NCBI GenBank assembly: GCA_951406725.2
Contig: OX597816.1
Span: forward strand, 146,196,001-146,260,000
DNA length: 64,000 nt
Direction: 5' to 3'
Source: Octopus vulgaris
Taxonomy: Eukaryota
The notes under the pieces were generated by a model. That model was not told the DNA's origin, made no database searches, and saw only the letters and a list, made by a program, of their open reading frames with translations. Positions 13,081 to 26,480 of this stretch are shown piece after piece; the stretch's first letter is position 1; every line of letters begins with the position of its first letter. The position numbers were made by a program, and so were the translations under genes.

Positions 13081-14169
13081 ACGTTATTGATCTATAGATC
13101 AAAATAATAAATCTTTGAATAAGTTCCTATACACAATCTGTTTATTTTCCAAGGCTGAAATTACAATTGAACAAAAGCTAAACAAACATGTTGACATACG
13201 CAGAAAACATTTAAATACCAACTTAAGGGACAAATAGCGGTGGAGATTAAACAAAACGCAGCTACAGTTAAACCAAATGGAAAATGGAGAGATAGATTGA
13301 AACACACAAATATGTAGCTAGTTACAGCTGTACATGTGTACGGATGAGTAATAGGAAAAGACATATCTTTATATTATATAATTTATGTAAACGAGTTTCC
13401 ATACAATGGAATCTGAAGTGACCGCAAAGAAGATTGTATGTATCTATGCATATGGTTTGAAATGCCGTTAAAATAATATAATTTTATAGCCCACTCAAAT
13501 ATATTGAGAAAAGAATTCCATTTTAAAAATAAGATAGAAATAAAATATTTTTCAAAGAATTTGAAGAAGAGAAGAAATATTGCAGTTGATGTAAATTGAA
13601 ATTATCTCAGAAATAGACTACTGCGAAGAACTTGATCTGTGCTGCTGGCAAAATAGTTTTATCTCCATTTACTAATTGGATTTAATTTAGCTGCCTTGTC
13701 TGATATCAGCGTAGCGTTTGATGAGATGCAGAAAAAATATAGTAACAGCTAAACAAAAGAAAAAAATAACCTCATCAATTTAATTTTCCATGGAATGAAA
13801 AAATACAAGCGTTTCAAGGAACAAAAGAATATATAACATATTCTAAGGAACAAAATTTCAACTTTTTCGATTTCTATTGGTTATTGCCATTTATTAGAGT
13901 GTGTTCCGACTATGTACGTTCTAAGTTCAAATCTTTCCAATGTTGGCAACGCTTCTCTTCCTAATATCTTCGACAAATTAAGAGAGAGAACTTGCAGGGG
14001 ATGGGTTAATCGGTTACATTTACTTTAGTTTTTGATCGGTTCTCTAATCTATACAATGGTTTAACCCAAACAGCCGATGTTCGAGGCTTTTATTAATGAT
14101 TTTACATTGAAATGCATGCATGCATGTGTATGGACAAGCGTTTCTAATTCTAAAATAAATATCGGGTTC

Positions 14170-14360
14170 AAATTTTGACACGAGCCCGGTAAATCTATAA
14201 TATCGATCACTATATTCAATTGGTACTTATTTTATTGACCCCGAAAAGATGAAAAGCAAAGTCGACCACAGCGTAAATTGAAACTAGAATGCAAAATCGA
14301 AAGAAATGCCGCAAAGCATTTTGATGGCGCAGTAATTATTCTGCCAGGTTACCGCCTAAT
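14170..14360 (-). mobile_element. Diverged SINE family C
   Basis: tggtacttattttattgaccccgaaaagatgaaaagcaaagtcgacc..ctgccaggttaccgcc. Confidence 0.7.
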
Positions 14361-16444
14361 AGTAGGACAAAATATTTCTATGATTTACGCGACTGTCGAG
14401 TTTTGAAATGAAATATCTTTTGCTTTACCTCTACCATTTATCATTCCCAGCGGTGACAATAAATATGGGTATCAATCGATTTAATTGACTATTCTCTTCT
14501 ACTAAAATCTGTAGTCTTTTTATCCCCAGTTAGACGTTATTATATTTATTGGAATTAGAACGAACAGCAGAATTCCAGGAAAGTAGAGTGCCGGGTTAAA
14601 TGTTTTCCAATATTTACAAATATGGTTGTTCCTAAATTGATTGGGTTTCTGATGATATCTGTGGCTTCTATGAATTGAATAACAATTATCTACAGGGAGG
14701 AATTAAAATTATTTCCACTGCCTTAAAATTTGTAATCGTATGTCTATGTGAAATATTACTATATTGAAAATATTCCCAAGAAAGAATATACGTAATGAAG
14801 TATCTTTAAACATTTTCCTATTATAATCTAACAAGGTTGATTTAAACCTTATAGTTAATCTTTGTGTAGTAGATAATATATCGGTGAAATATCAGGGTCA
14901 ACTCAAACGACTGTAATCTTCTCTTCAGGTGTTTGGGTATTTCCTCCTTGGATTGTTTTAGTAGTTTGATCAATGCGGTACAACACCAGATAGAATATAG
15001 AAATGTTGTTGTCATACTTCTGGGTAGATCTCATAAAAATTGTTACTGTAAGTGATATGAAATATTTATTTCTCTTGCTCGAATAACACCTCCTATGCAC
15101 ATCTGAATAATGATAACAAGTCATAGCGAATTGAGATGTGGAACTTTGTAATTATATATTTATAAACTGTGTTAAAGATTATTGACACTTACGTTTCAAT
15201 ATTTTAGCTGTAGATATAAATCTAATTTTTTTCTCACTGTTTAGGCTAGTCGTTTCATATTTTATAATAGAAAAAAAAACAATGTGTACGTGTGTGTGTG
15301 TGAGTGTGTGTGCGGGTGATCGGGCGAGTTGTAACGAAATCAATGGGATTGTTTTGATTAAAATTAATTGCAAACAGAAGTCTACAGTTAGTATAGGAAG
15401 AATCCGCATTATTGGTCAAAGCCATAGCAATGTCATTTATTTCATTCAGAGAAAATTCAGAAATATATTATGAAGAATAATTACTTAGTTAAAATCCATG
15501 ACGTTTCTAAAGTGAAATTCTCCTTTAAACAATGTCGCGTTACTTTTAACATATTTAATGCAGAACGTATTAAACAGATAATTTGAAACAATTTACGACG
15601 AAGAAAAGATATCAAATATTAATAAAATTATTATGGGTAGTAAGAGAGACGACGCCAAAAATTTCTGGGGTTATATGACTTCATCAAAGAACTATAAACT
15701 TCATTTTAATTAGCAAAGTTGTGATGGTAAAGTCACAAAGAAATTATATGCTAACATAAACTGAAATAAAAAAATAAAAAAAGAATTTTCAGATAAAAGT
15801 TATTTAGAGATAAAACAATCCGGAAAACCTCATTAAATTTTAATATGATTAGTGTGGTAAGAGTGCAAGAAGTAAAATCGAGATTTTCTTTTAAATTTAA
15901 CTGAACAATTGTCCTTATTGCAGATGATGGCGTCACTGAAAGATTTGGGAATTATATTAAATAACAAATTCGTTTCAACTTCGAATCATTTATAGCTAAG
16001 ATAATGTTAACACATTTAAAACAAATAAAGTTACGAAGCTAAATGACGAAAATTATGCGGGGAAAACTACGTGGCACTCTTCAGGATATGATTTGATAAT
16101 GCATTTAAGTGTGCGTGTGTGAGTGAGTTTCAATAAAAAAAATATTGTGTAGATGTCAGTGCATGAGAGAATGTGTATAAATACATGCATGCACACGCGG
16201 GCACACACACATACACACACATGCACACAAAAATGTACACACGCAGAGACACACTCACAAATTCGCCTATATATGTATATACGTGTGTATGGTTGTATAT
16301 ATACATATATGTGTATAGGGTGGGTGGAAATTAACTAGGCATTAGAAACTGCTTATAGAATCTTTAGTATCACTAGTCATGATGGAAATATTTTTTAAAT
16401 AGAAAAACACTAATGGTGAATTTTTATTTTTTATTGTCTTATTA

Positions 16445-17590
16445 CAAAACCATCATAATCGGACCTTGAAACAACCAATGATTGGATGCTAAAACCTGTT
16501 GAAAAATATGAAAGACCGAAAAAAAAATCACTCTATTCTGAAAGAGAACAAAACATTCGCTAAAGATCTCTTAGATATCCACGACATTGATCAGGTTGAA
16601 GGCAATGTGCCAAATGCTGCTGCAAAGAAAATAATATTAATAGCAAAGAAAAAAGCATATGAAAAATTAGCTAGAAGATGGGAGCAGAAACCTCTGCATG
16701 GCAAGCATGTGGCCCGTAGCAAATAAGGTGATGTCGATTAGAAACACACGCATCAATGGATACGAAGCTCACGGCAAAAGGCAGAGAGTGAGGGTTCCAT
16801 ATTAGCTGCTCAAGACCAAAGCTTATTAACCCGGACCTACCAAACCAATGTGACAAAAAGATGGAGCTGACCCAAAATGACGATTCTGTAACGATAGATT
16901 GAAACTATAGACCACCTAATCTCAGGATGTAGAGTCTTAGCACCTGTAGAATATAAAGCAAGGCATGACAGAGTCGGCCAGTATTTACACTGGACAATAT
17001 GTCGGCATTATAAAATCAAAACGGTTGACAAATGGTATAAACACCATCCTGAAGCTGTGACTGAGGGACAAAATGTGTCGATTCATTGGGACTTCCCCGT
17101 ACATACCGACAAAACTATAAAAGCTAATATACCGGATATTATTATAAAAGATCAGACAAAAAAGGTGTGTTTATTAATTGACATTAGTATTCCTTGCGAT
17201 CACAACATAGCGGCGAAAGAATTGGACAAAATCAATAAATATAAAGACTTGCTAATCGAAATTGAAAAAATGTGGCATCTCAAGGCGACTACAGTACCAG
17301 TGATTGTAGGATCTCTAGGAATGATAAAACAAAGGTACTGAAACCTTCCCTACAGGAAGTGCACAAAATCGTGCTAACTGGAACGACTCATGTACAGCAT
17401 TATCGCCGTGAAAACAACATTCATTCATGAATTTATTTATTCATTAATTTTTTAAATACATATTGTATTTGTGTGTGTAATCTGGGAATGCACACAATGT
17501 GCTTCTCTGCCCTAGGTGGACGGAAATCACTCGGCGAGAAATGGTAGAAAATTTGAAGAAAGAAAGAAAAAAATAATAATGATAATAATA
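16445..17590 (+). mobile_element. 5'-truncated R4/Dong-clade non-LTR retrotransposon (CCHC knuckle plus restriction-like endonuclease)
   Basis: WEQKPLHGK; LAAQDQSLLTR; ETIDHLISGC..LAPVEYKARHDRVGQYLHW; WDFPVHTDKTIKANIPDIII..LLIDISIP..KELDKINKYKDL..VPVIVGSLG. The 3' end runs into a (TAA)n-like tract at about 17570. Confidence 0.9.
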
Positions 17591-17879
17591 TGGATGTCTT
17601 TAAAATGTTCTTATTGTTATACTTCGGCAAATAAACACATGTACAATATATTCGTTGTCCACTCCAACTTAATTATTGTTCTTATTTCAATGTCCTTTGA
17701 AATATTTCGTGAAACATCCTATGACCACTTCTGTCACTCTCCACCCCTTGTGTCGGCTGTTCTTTGTTTAAACGATCAAACAACTTAAGGAAGCCACCTA
17801 CGCATTCACATATTTTGTTATGTTAACTAAATACAGTACCTCTTCAATAGGCTGTTTTCTCTCTTCTACATATCTGTGA

Positions 17880-19270
17880 CAAAATCACATTTGAAACAAC
17901 CTAAACTTCATAAAATAGCCTAAACAACCACATCCATCAACATACTAAATTACAGTTCATGTTATTCAATAACATAATAACTATCATGATAGATACTACA
18001 GAACTTAACAAAATATTTATAGACACATCAAAAACCATTACCTAGAAGGCTAGTTATGATACATAAAACCTTAACGAAACAACTGAAGTTCTCAAACTAA
18101 TAAATATTAGGGCAAAATGAAAACACATCAACAACATACTCAATAGAATTAAGATTCGACATCAAACAACTAAATACGGAAATAACAAAACAATGGATGA
18201 AAGGCAATCAGAAACTGGAAAACTTCTGTATTGAAAGCGAACTACATACTAAAAGTAAAAATTCTTTATAAAGATAGCACATCAATATGTTACAATAACT
18301 GTTTCAAGTAATATACTCACAATCCAATTGTAAGCGAACTCCTTTTCAACTATTTTTTCTTTTGAAAATCATTCAACAAAATCTACAAAGAGAAGACATA
18401 ACGAGAAAAGGCTATATAACCCTTCTTTCCAGTACTCACTAGATGACTATTAATGAATTCCAGTGACTCAAATCGGAGATCGACAATGTCACAACCATAA
18501 ACCTGAACTAATTATTTCAATTTATGACGACTTCAACTACTGCTTCGCTAACATCAAAACACAGGAAGCTAAAGAATCCGGAAAATATCCTAATTATAAA
18601 ACGTCTAAAGCACAACAAAACCTCTGTTTCATGATAATGGTTCAGTTGATTGTATTCAGCTATCTTACAACTTTACAAATCTCACACAAATATTAAACGA
18701 TGGCTTGAGCAGTAAAAAAGAATGCAATAAACTGAATATACCATTCTAATCAGAGTCAATAATGTCGTTTGACAAAATTTCCTATTCGAAAATATCAACA
18801 AAAATACAACACGCCACTGTATAAATTGTAAAAACGTCAGTAAATGTTAGTGTAATGTCTCAATTCAACAATACGATGAAGAGTATTATAATTTCATATT
18901 TAGAAACTAAATTATAAAACTGAAAGTATGGTAACGAGCTCTCTTCTGTCGCATTTGTTATATATCTATTGGCAAGAGAATAAAGCACATCAGTAACCAT
19001 AATATCCACCTACACATTGAAATAATAGCATAATAAACACTCTTGAGATATACATCCTTAGAGATTACAGAAAGCATACGACTACTGTGAATTTACAAGC
19101 AAGATCAGATCAATCAATTCCGAGATACGAGCACCACAACCTAATGATGCTTGTGACCACACTGGACATTAAATTCGATAAGTATACCCGTTGCGCACAA
19201 TATTAGAGAATATGTTACATTGGATGTCACAATGTACTTCGAAACAATGCATTGACCTGATATCAGGAGC
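17880..19270 (+). mobile_element. Possible very decayed Penelope-like element
   Basis: PKLHK at about 17900, SLDD-like motif at about 18435, A-rich coding-like composition, ends at (TA)n. Confidence 0.35.
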
Positions 19271-19273
19271 AGC

Positions 19274-19322
<49 letters not shown>

Positions 19323-19468
19323 TCACATTTATACACTTATGAGACTAACTTCGCGTGACGTCGTTGAACAGGCGTAACTTTTTCATTTGAAGTATTAGAA
19401 ATACATGATGAAATAACCACCTCCTTGATATGAACACGACTTTCTTGTAACTCATATGTAGTCGACAG

Positions 19469-19554
<86 letters not shown>

Positions 19555-19584
19555 TGTGTGTAAATATATATATATATATATATA

Positions 19585-19910
19585 TGGCTGTGTGGTAATA
19601 TAACCAACCACATGGTTCCGGGTTCAGTCCATATCTTGGGCAATATAGCCCGGGCCGACCAATGCCTTGTGAGTGGATTTGGTAGACGGAAACTGAAAGA
19701 AGTCTGTCGTATATATGTATATATATATAAGTGTGTGTGTGTGTTTGTGTGTGTTTTTCCCCCTAGCATTGCTTGACAACCGATGCTGGTGTGTTTGCGT
19801 TCCCGTAGCGGTTGATAGAATAAGTACTGCTTACAAAGAATGAGTCCTGGGCCGATCGATATATGGCCGCAGTATATGAAACAATAAAAGATAAAAGAGT
19901 AAGAGTAAAG
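19585..19910 (+). mobile_element. SINE family B with internal deletions
   Basis: Matches the 59435-59845 copy; internal (TA/TG)n tract. Confidence 0.85.
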
Positions 19911-20000
19911 ATAATATATATGTATATATGTATATGTGTGTGTGTGCGTGTGTTTATATGTGTATTTAATATTTTGGCCTGACGGGTATATGTCGATCAG

Positions 20001-20343
20001 TGTATGGGTGTACCTAAGACCCAGACTGCAAAATAGATGCAACACACAATGCTGGACGGAGTCCTACCTATAAAGGACAGTAGCAGGATGGCAAAGTTTC
20101 AGCTACTTGATATCATCCACATTCGAGGTCTCTTTCTGTTGGATCTACTTGAGGAACTCCGCAGTGTTAGTTGAGATAATAATAATAATGCCTTAAACAA
20201 CGAGAAGATTGATTTAATATTAATCTTTATTTTGTACAACGTTCATCTCGATCCATCCTGCTACTGTCCTTTATAGGTAGGACTCCGTCCAGCATTTTGT
20301 GTTGCATCTATTTTGCAGTCTGGGTCTTAGGTACACCCATACA
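20001..20343. mobile_element. MITE-like element with about 90-bp near-perfect terminal inverted repeats
   Basis: 20001-20091 (tgtatgggtgtacctaagacccagactgc...gtagcaggatgg) is the reverse complement of 20253-20343, with about 160 bp between. TA dinucleotides at both ends are compatible with a TA TSD. Confidence 0.8.
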
Positions 20344-20489
20344 TACATAAAGTTGTGTCTCGCTAAACATCCTGACTTTAGTCTGTCATATTTTTGTATG
20401 CTCGTTCTACAAAATAAAGATTTCTACAAAATCTGTTTTCGTTACTTAAGAAATTCTAGCAGAATGTATGTATGTGTGAGTGTGTGCGT

Positions 20490-21586
20490 GTGTATAAACG
20501 ACAGTGAACAAACGATACGAAATAGCGCTGAACATGATATGATATAAAACTATTTTTAACAGGTTGAACTTGAAATACTACCCAATGCTTCTTGGTGCAA
20601 GAAAATACAACGAGCCATGATGTACAGTGTCAAAATACGGATAAATGAAAATGGTTTTAAATAAGATTATTGGCAGTTGTCCTTTGGGTATGAAGCATTA
20701 CTTTAGTAGATTCATTAAACAGCCCACGTCAATATTTGGTGTATTAGTTGTTCAGGTGTCCGGGAATACAGTTTAATAGAAATAGTTTTGTTATGAACAA
20801 ATTTGTCAGCTTAATATTTCAAAACTCAGTAACATACATTATTACTTAGGTGGGGGACTGCTTTTTGTGAAAATAGCACGGTTACAAATTTGGCCGTGTC
20901 AGATGGCATAGCACTTGATGAATCCCATATAACTATGCGTTATGTATTTGTGTATGGATAATGAAGAGTAAAAATGATGATATACATCAGTGTAATGAAG
21001 TCCTTTTGGAAATGCAGAAGACTGTTAAATTTGCAAATCTCACTGTGATAGATAATGCATAGTTACAGAAGAACCAGCAGCTAATCTTATGTGCGTTGAC
21101 AGCAATTTCTTTAATAAGTTATCTTGTTGATGAACACTGTGGATTATTGCATATTAGGCACAATTTCACTAACACAGAGTCGACAATTACAAACTTCATG
21201 AAAGGGTATAAGAAATGACAACAATGGTCCATGAGATGCAGAATTACTGGGTTTTGAGATATTAAGCTGGCAAATTTGTTCATAACAAAACTATTTCTAT
21301 TAAACTGTATTCCTGGACACCTGAAGAACTAATACACCAAATATTGACGTGGGCTGTTTAATGAATCTACTAAAGTAATGCTTCATACCCAAAGGACAAC
21401 TGCCAATAATCTTATTTAAAACCATTTTCAATTATCCGTATTTTGACACTGTACATCATGGCTCGTTGTATTTTCTTGCACCAAGAAGCATTTAGTAGTG
21501 TTTCAAGTTCAACCTGTAAAAAATAGTTTTATATCATATCATGTTCAGCGCTTTTACCTCTCGTTTGTTCACTGACATTTATACAC
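20490..21586. repeat. Foldback element with about 340-bp inverted arms
   Basis: 20490-20832 is the reverse complement of 21244-21586 with few mismatches, around a spacer of about 410 bp. Flanked by (TG)n on the left and (CA)n on the right. Confidence 0.9.
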
Positions 21587-22713
21587 ACATACACACATAT
21601 ATGTGTATGTTTGTGTTTGTGTGTGAGTGTTAAGTCACAGATATTTGTCATTTTATACACCCCCTATCGTTTTCTCGTAGAATGATACATTAAGGAGGAA
21701 GTGTGGTGTGGGGATGCATATTTATCTTATCCCTGGAATTTATGGAGCAAAAATCCTGTTTGTGTCAGTCATCGCTTGACTTCACCGGCTGTTATATTAA
21801 TGAAGGTACTTTTGATGCAAACGGTACGACGGTAGCTCATTACGAGAGCAAATTTTATATTGATGACATCTGGTAGAATTCACAGAGTAAGATATAAAAA
21901 GGAATCTGTTTGGCTGTGAGTTTCCCTCTCTTATAGTAAAAAAGATCTCGCATAAGTATTTTTAGCTATCACAAATATCTATTTCTGTTTAAACAGCGCT
22001 TATGCAGACAAGTATCTCTGGTGGAAAAGGGACAAAATATTACAGGAACAATACATAATTGTTCTTGACAGATTTAGAAGTTCAGATTTATGAGCAAACC
22101 GTATAAACCCCAACAACTTCAAGAGATATTAATTGGCAACTACAAGCGATACGTTGTTGACGGTTTTATATCTTCGATACTACGTTTTGATCAAATTATT
22201 TATTTCGTCAAAATAATGAATAGCATAAATAATAGTATTCAATAGACCATACGCAAAAACACAGACCTTTTATGGATATTTTAGTCAATAAAATTGACAC
22301 AGACATAAAAATAGACATTACTTCAAACCAGCATACGAAAAACAATATTTGATTATTAATAATTGCCACCACGAAACAGCCAAGCAAATACACAGTTCAA
22401 ATTTGAAAGAATAATCTGCTCAATTGCATCTCTTTCAGAAACACTGGATAGACGACGTCAAGTGTTGAAATATTAAGGAAATTACAATTTGAAAAGTAGT
22501 AACAATCAAAAATAATTAAGGACGGGATACAACGAGTCGGGGATAGTGAGGTAAAAGCTACCAATGAAGAAACAGACATCTTACAAAGCTTTCTTTCATG
22601 TATCAAAACACGGCCTATCAAATATAGGAGCACGCTATATCTTTCATATATTCGAATGTAAGTACATACGTACGAACATATATTCATATATATACTCGCG
22701 CATATCCATACAT

Positions 22714-22762
<49 letters not shown>

Positions 22763-24014
22763 TGGGGGGGTGTGAGGTTACTTTCAGATCTTTCCGTTAA
22801 TAAAGTTCCATTCACTAACTTTTATCTACCTTCCAGAAATGCTGCTTGTTGGAGTAATTGTTTCGCAGTTAAATGATTTATTTCTGGGTTCATATTGTCG
22901 TAGTACGATTTCAGTCTGTATACAACACGATTTTGTTTTGCTGTTTTATAACAGTTAAATAAATCAGTTTTCATTTCATGACTAGAAGAAAAATGATTTC
23001 TGAAGTTAGTATTTCTATTATAACTACACCTAAAAAGAATCTATTTACCTTTTCAGCTGTTGTTTTCGATCTGTTCTTCGGTTGTGTTGTTGATGTTGTG
23101 TTGTTTGTAGTAACTAGATTCCAGTTTCGGTTGAAACTTTGGTCGAAAATCACTACGATCGTGGATAAAAAGCTCGCTCAGTTAATTCAGTTGAAGATTA
23201 ACCAGTCATTTAGAAGCGCTGATAGTTGTGGCTTCAAAGTTGGAGACAGTATTCATCGTCCTTTCGATAAATAGTCTCCCACGCCAAATATGTGACTTAT
23301 CACTGTGGGTACTTGTTTGCGTATGAATGTACGTATGTATATATGTATGTATGTATGCATGTACGCATGCATACACACACACATGCACGCACACACACAC
23401 ACACACATACACATATATACTTCTTGTCTTTTATTGATGTTTGAGCTTCAGCAAACATTCCTTTATGGGATTTCGTAAGTGTCATACCCAATTTGTTGCA
23501 TTGTTAATCCGCATATGTAGCGCTGACATAAGAAGCTGACTATAAAACGGTCTTTGTCGAACGGATATGGAAGACGAAAACTAAAATATGTGTAAATAGT
23601 GCAATCGCATGGAAGTCTGCATATACAAATGAATAATGCAATCATGTTTTATCATTACACATGTTTCTGATAAACAATGCCGAATGATATAACGGTAATT
23701 ATATAATGAAGTCCAACAATACTGTAAATGTTTGTACTAATATGCTTCATTCAAAACTCGTACAAATACATACACTTAAAATATTGCCGAACTGCACTAC
23801 AAAATATATATTTGTAACGAAACAACAGTAAAGTTAAGACGTAACTAAAGCCTTTATTTGCATACGCAAATTTTTGTTATTACACTTCCTTTCTTATACA
23901 CCCTATATCTAGTTTGTTTATTGTATTTTGTTTTGTTTCTATGCACGTATATGTACGTAAGTGTGTATGTGCGCGCGTATCTGTGTGTATGTAGGTATAC
24001 TTGTATATACATAT

Positions 24015-24079
<65 letters not shown>

Positions 24080-24082
<3 letters not shown>

Positions 24083-24385
24083 AGGCGCAATGGCCCAGTG
24101 ATTAGGGCAGCGGATTAGCGGCCGTAGTATCACGGTTTTGATACCCAAACCGGGCGTAGTGAGTGTTTATTGAGCGAAAACACCTAAAAGCTCCACGAGG
24201 CTCCGGCAGGGGTGGTGATCCCTGCTGTACTCTTTCACCACTCTGTCTCTCACTCTTTTTCCTGTCGGCCTGCTCGCTTAGCCAGCGGGGTGGCGTCATT
24301 CGAAGGCTAAAACAATGCGAGCGCATTATGACCAGCGATGTGTAGCAACATATGATGGTCTGGTCGGTCACGTGACGTGATCACA
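24080..24385 (+). mobile_element. SINE family A variant (same head and body, different 3' tail) inserted after (TA)n
   Basis: 24080-24265 matches 1605-1795, then diverges (cggcctgctcgcttagccagcgggg...cacgtgatcac). Confidence 0.85.
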
Positions 24386-24649
24386 TACATATATGCATAT
24401 ATGTATGAATGAATAATTCATACACATGCACACACACACATATGTATACATGCATATCTGGAGGCGCATGTGTGTGTATATATATTTACGTATATGTACC
24501 TTATCACACATAATTTCTTAAACAAATATACGTAACATGTGATACATTCCAAGTGCTTGGTAGTTTCCTGAATAGACACAAGCGTAAAATGTTGCTACAA
24601 TGTGACCATTTTGTATAAATTCTGTTATGAAACAAGTAGAGAATATGGC

Positions 24650-26480
24650 AATTTTCTCGCGAATTTTAGACTTGTAGTGAAATTTATACTTCAAGGGATG
24701 TAATTAACAACGTCAAACGAGAATTTTTATTCTTTCAAAAATATACACCATTTGTATATTACTTATTTTTGGAATGTAATTTTATGGATGTATTCACAAA
24801 AATGTATATAAAGAACTTTGTAGAATATATCTTCTTTGCAATTTCAGCAAAATTTATGATGTTAAGGTAAATTATGATGAAATACTGTATATTCCTAACT
24901 ATGGCTATCTGGAAGGATGATTTCCTTACAAATGATGCAAAATGTTTTTCTAAACTCATGATTGTGACTCACAACCTATAATTAGCTCACTTAAACCTTA
25001 ACATCACTTCATTTTATTTTAAAATATTATCTATTTTCCTTAGATTATGTAACATGCTGGTTATATAAACTTTTTGGTTCACATAATCTTGGAAACAGTT
25101 TGCTAAGATTTACTATTTTTGCATTTATACATGGGAAAAGTTAGTTTTGCCATTATATCGATTGATACGTGTTGAAATTCTACTGGGTAAAGAAAATGGA
25201 ACTAAGATGGGCATTTTCCTAGAAGTTTATAATTAGATCCGACTGAACTTGTTATTGCAGTGATATTTATAAGTCTTCTATATATTGTGATTCCAGAAGT
25301 GTTTTTATTTTTCAATCCACGAATGAGTAAAACTTATCATGTATGCATCACTACTTATTATCTAACACAAGACTTAAATACCCTACAGTTGCAGTTTGAG
25401 TAAAATACAGAACATCTTTGAATGTTCACCACTTGTTGAAATTAGTAAAATGCAAGTTAGTAAACTGAAGAGTAGTTCCGTAAAATAGATGTGTTGTGTA
25501 ACGGATAACAATTTCCATCTAAAACCAACCGTTATTGCTACCTTCGTTTTCTTAAGACCTTCTCGCTTTATATGGAATACTGTATCAATGAAAAAATACG
25601 TAAATGTAAAGGAATTCTCTGTTCCAAGCTGTGTAAGAATACATGTCATTGAGAACTTTTATATCTCGGTGACATGTACAAATCAGAAAAGGAAAATTGT
25701 GATTCTTGGCAATAAAGGAATCTAAAGTTTTGAAATTTTTTTTTTTTTTAGCTTTGATAACGTTGTTGATTTCTATCTCAAGAATTAACTGCACTAAATA
25801 AAAATTTAATGTTTCGTGATAAACAGATATGTTTGGAGCATGGAATACAGGGAGACGAATGCATAAACCCTCCTAGAAAGACGTTATATACTAAATTATG
25901 TTACATTGATGGGCTCATATGAATATGAATGTCTGTAGAGCAATATCAAGGATTTTTCCCGGTAGAAAGGCTCTATCAGCGCATGTGAAGCTTTATAAAA
26001 ACACTCTCTCCAGAATGTGTTATTGGACAAGACATTTAAGCAGTAGGGAAATATATTCAGCTAAAAATGGATGTTTTATCCTGCATGTGAGATAGAAGCA
26101 ATGTGCTCTACAAACACATGGTTGAGCAAGATTATATCTATTTCTCATTGAATTTCTCACGGGATTACATTGTTTTTCTCCAGTATTGAAAATAATTCGT
26201 TTTATATGAACCTGCAATATTTTGCAAAGTTTCGTTCCCCTGACTGTGTAAATGACCTTTGTTAACATTGTGACGAGGTTTATTTCTAAAGTTATTTACA
26301 CCGCTGGCAATTGATTGCTTCCATATTAAGATGCGAGGTCGTGCGCTATAAGTTCAAAATACTGAGCTGTTCTGATAAACGAGTAGTAGTTCATCGATCC
26401 TTTAAATTGTGCTTCAAATGTTAATACTAAAAAGAATATACATTTAAAGAAACCAAACTTAGTGCCTGTTAGTAGAAAAT
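24650..26480 (-). pseudogene. Ancient hAT-family transposase fossil
   Basis: Collinear minus-strand motifs: IDE.T..EQLSI (about 26380), FNTGEK..PCVCRAHCFYL (CxxH motif; ORF 26020-26268), LHSKNK..KNKNSRL (like PHSNA..KNKLRNRL; about 24720-24780). Confidence 0.45.

Noticed and set aside
19320-19471. 150-bp island between (TA)n tracts with atgatga..gaac
   Set aside because: May be an element end, but HHR helices cannot be drawn convincingly.
23105-23215. Minus-strand ctaaatga-ctGGTT..AACC-GAAAC, possible long-helix-II HHR relic
   Set aside because: Core, helix III and helix I are all degenerate.
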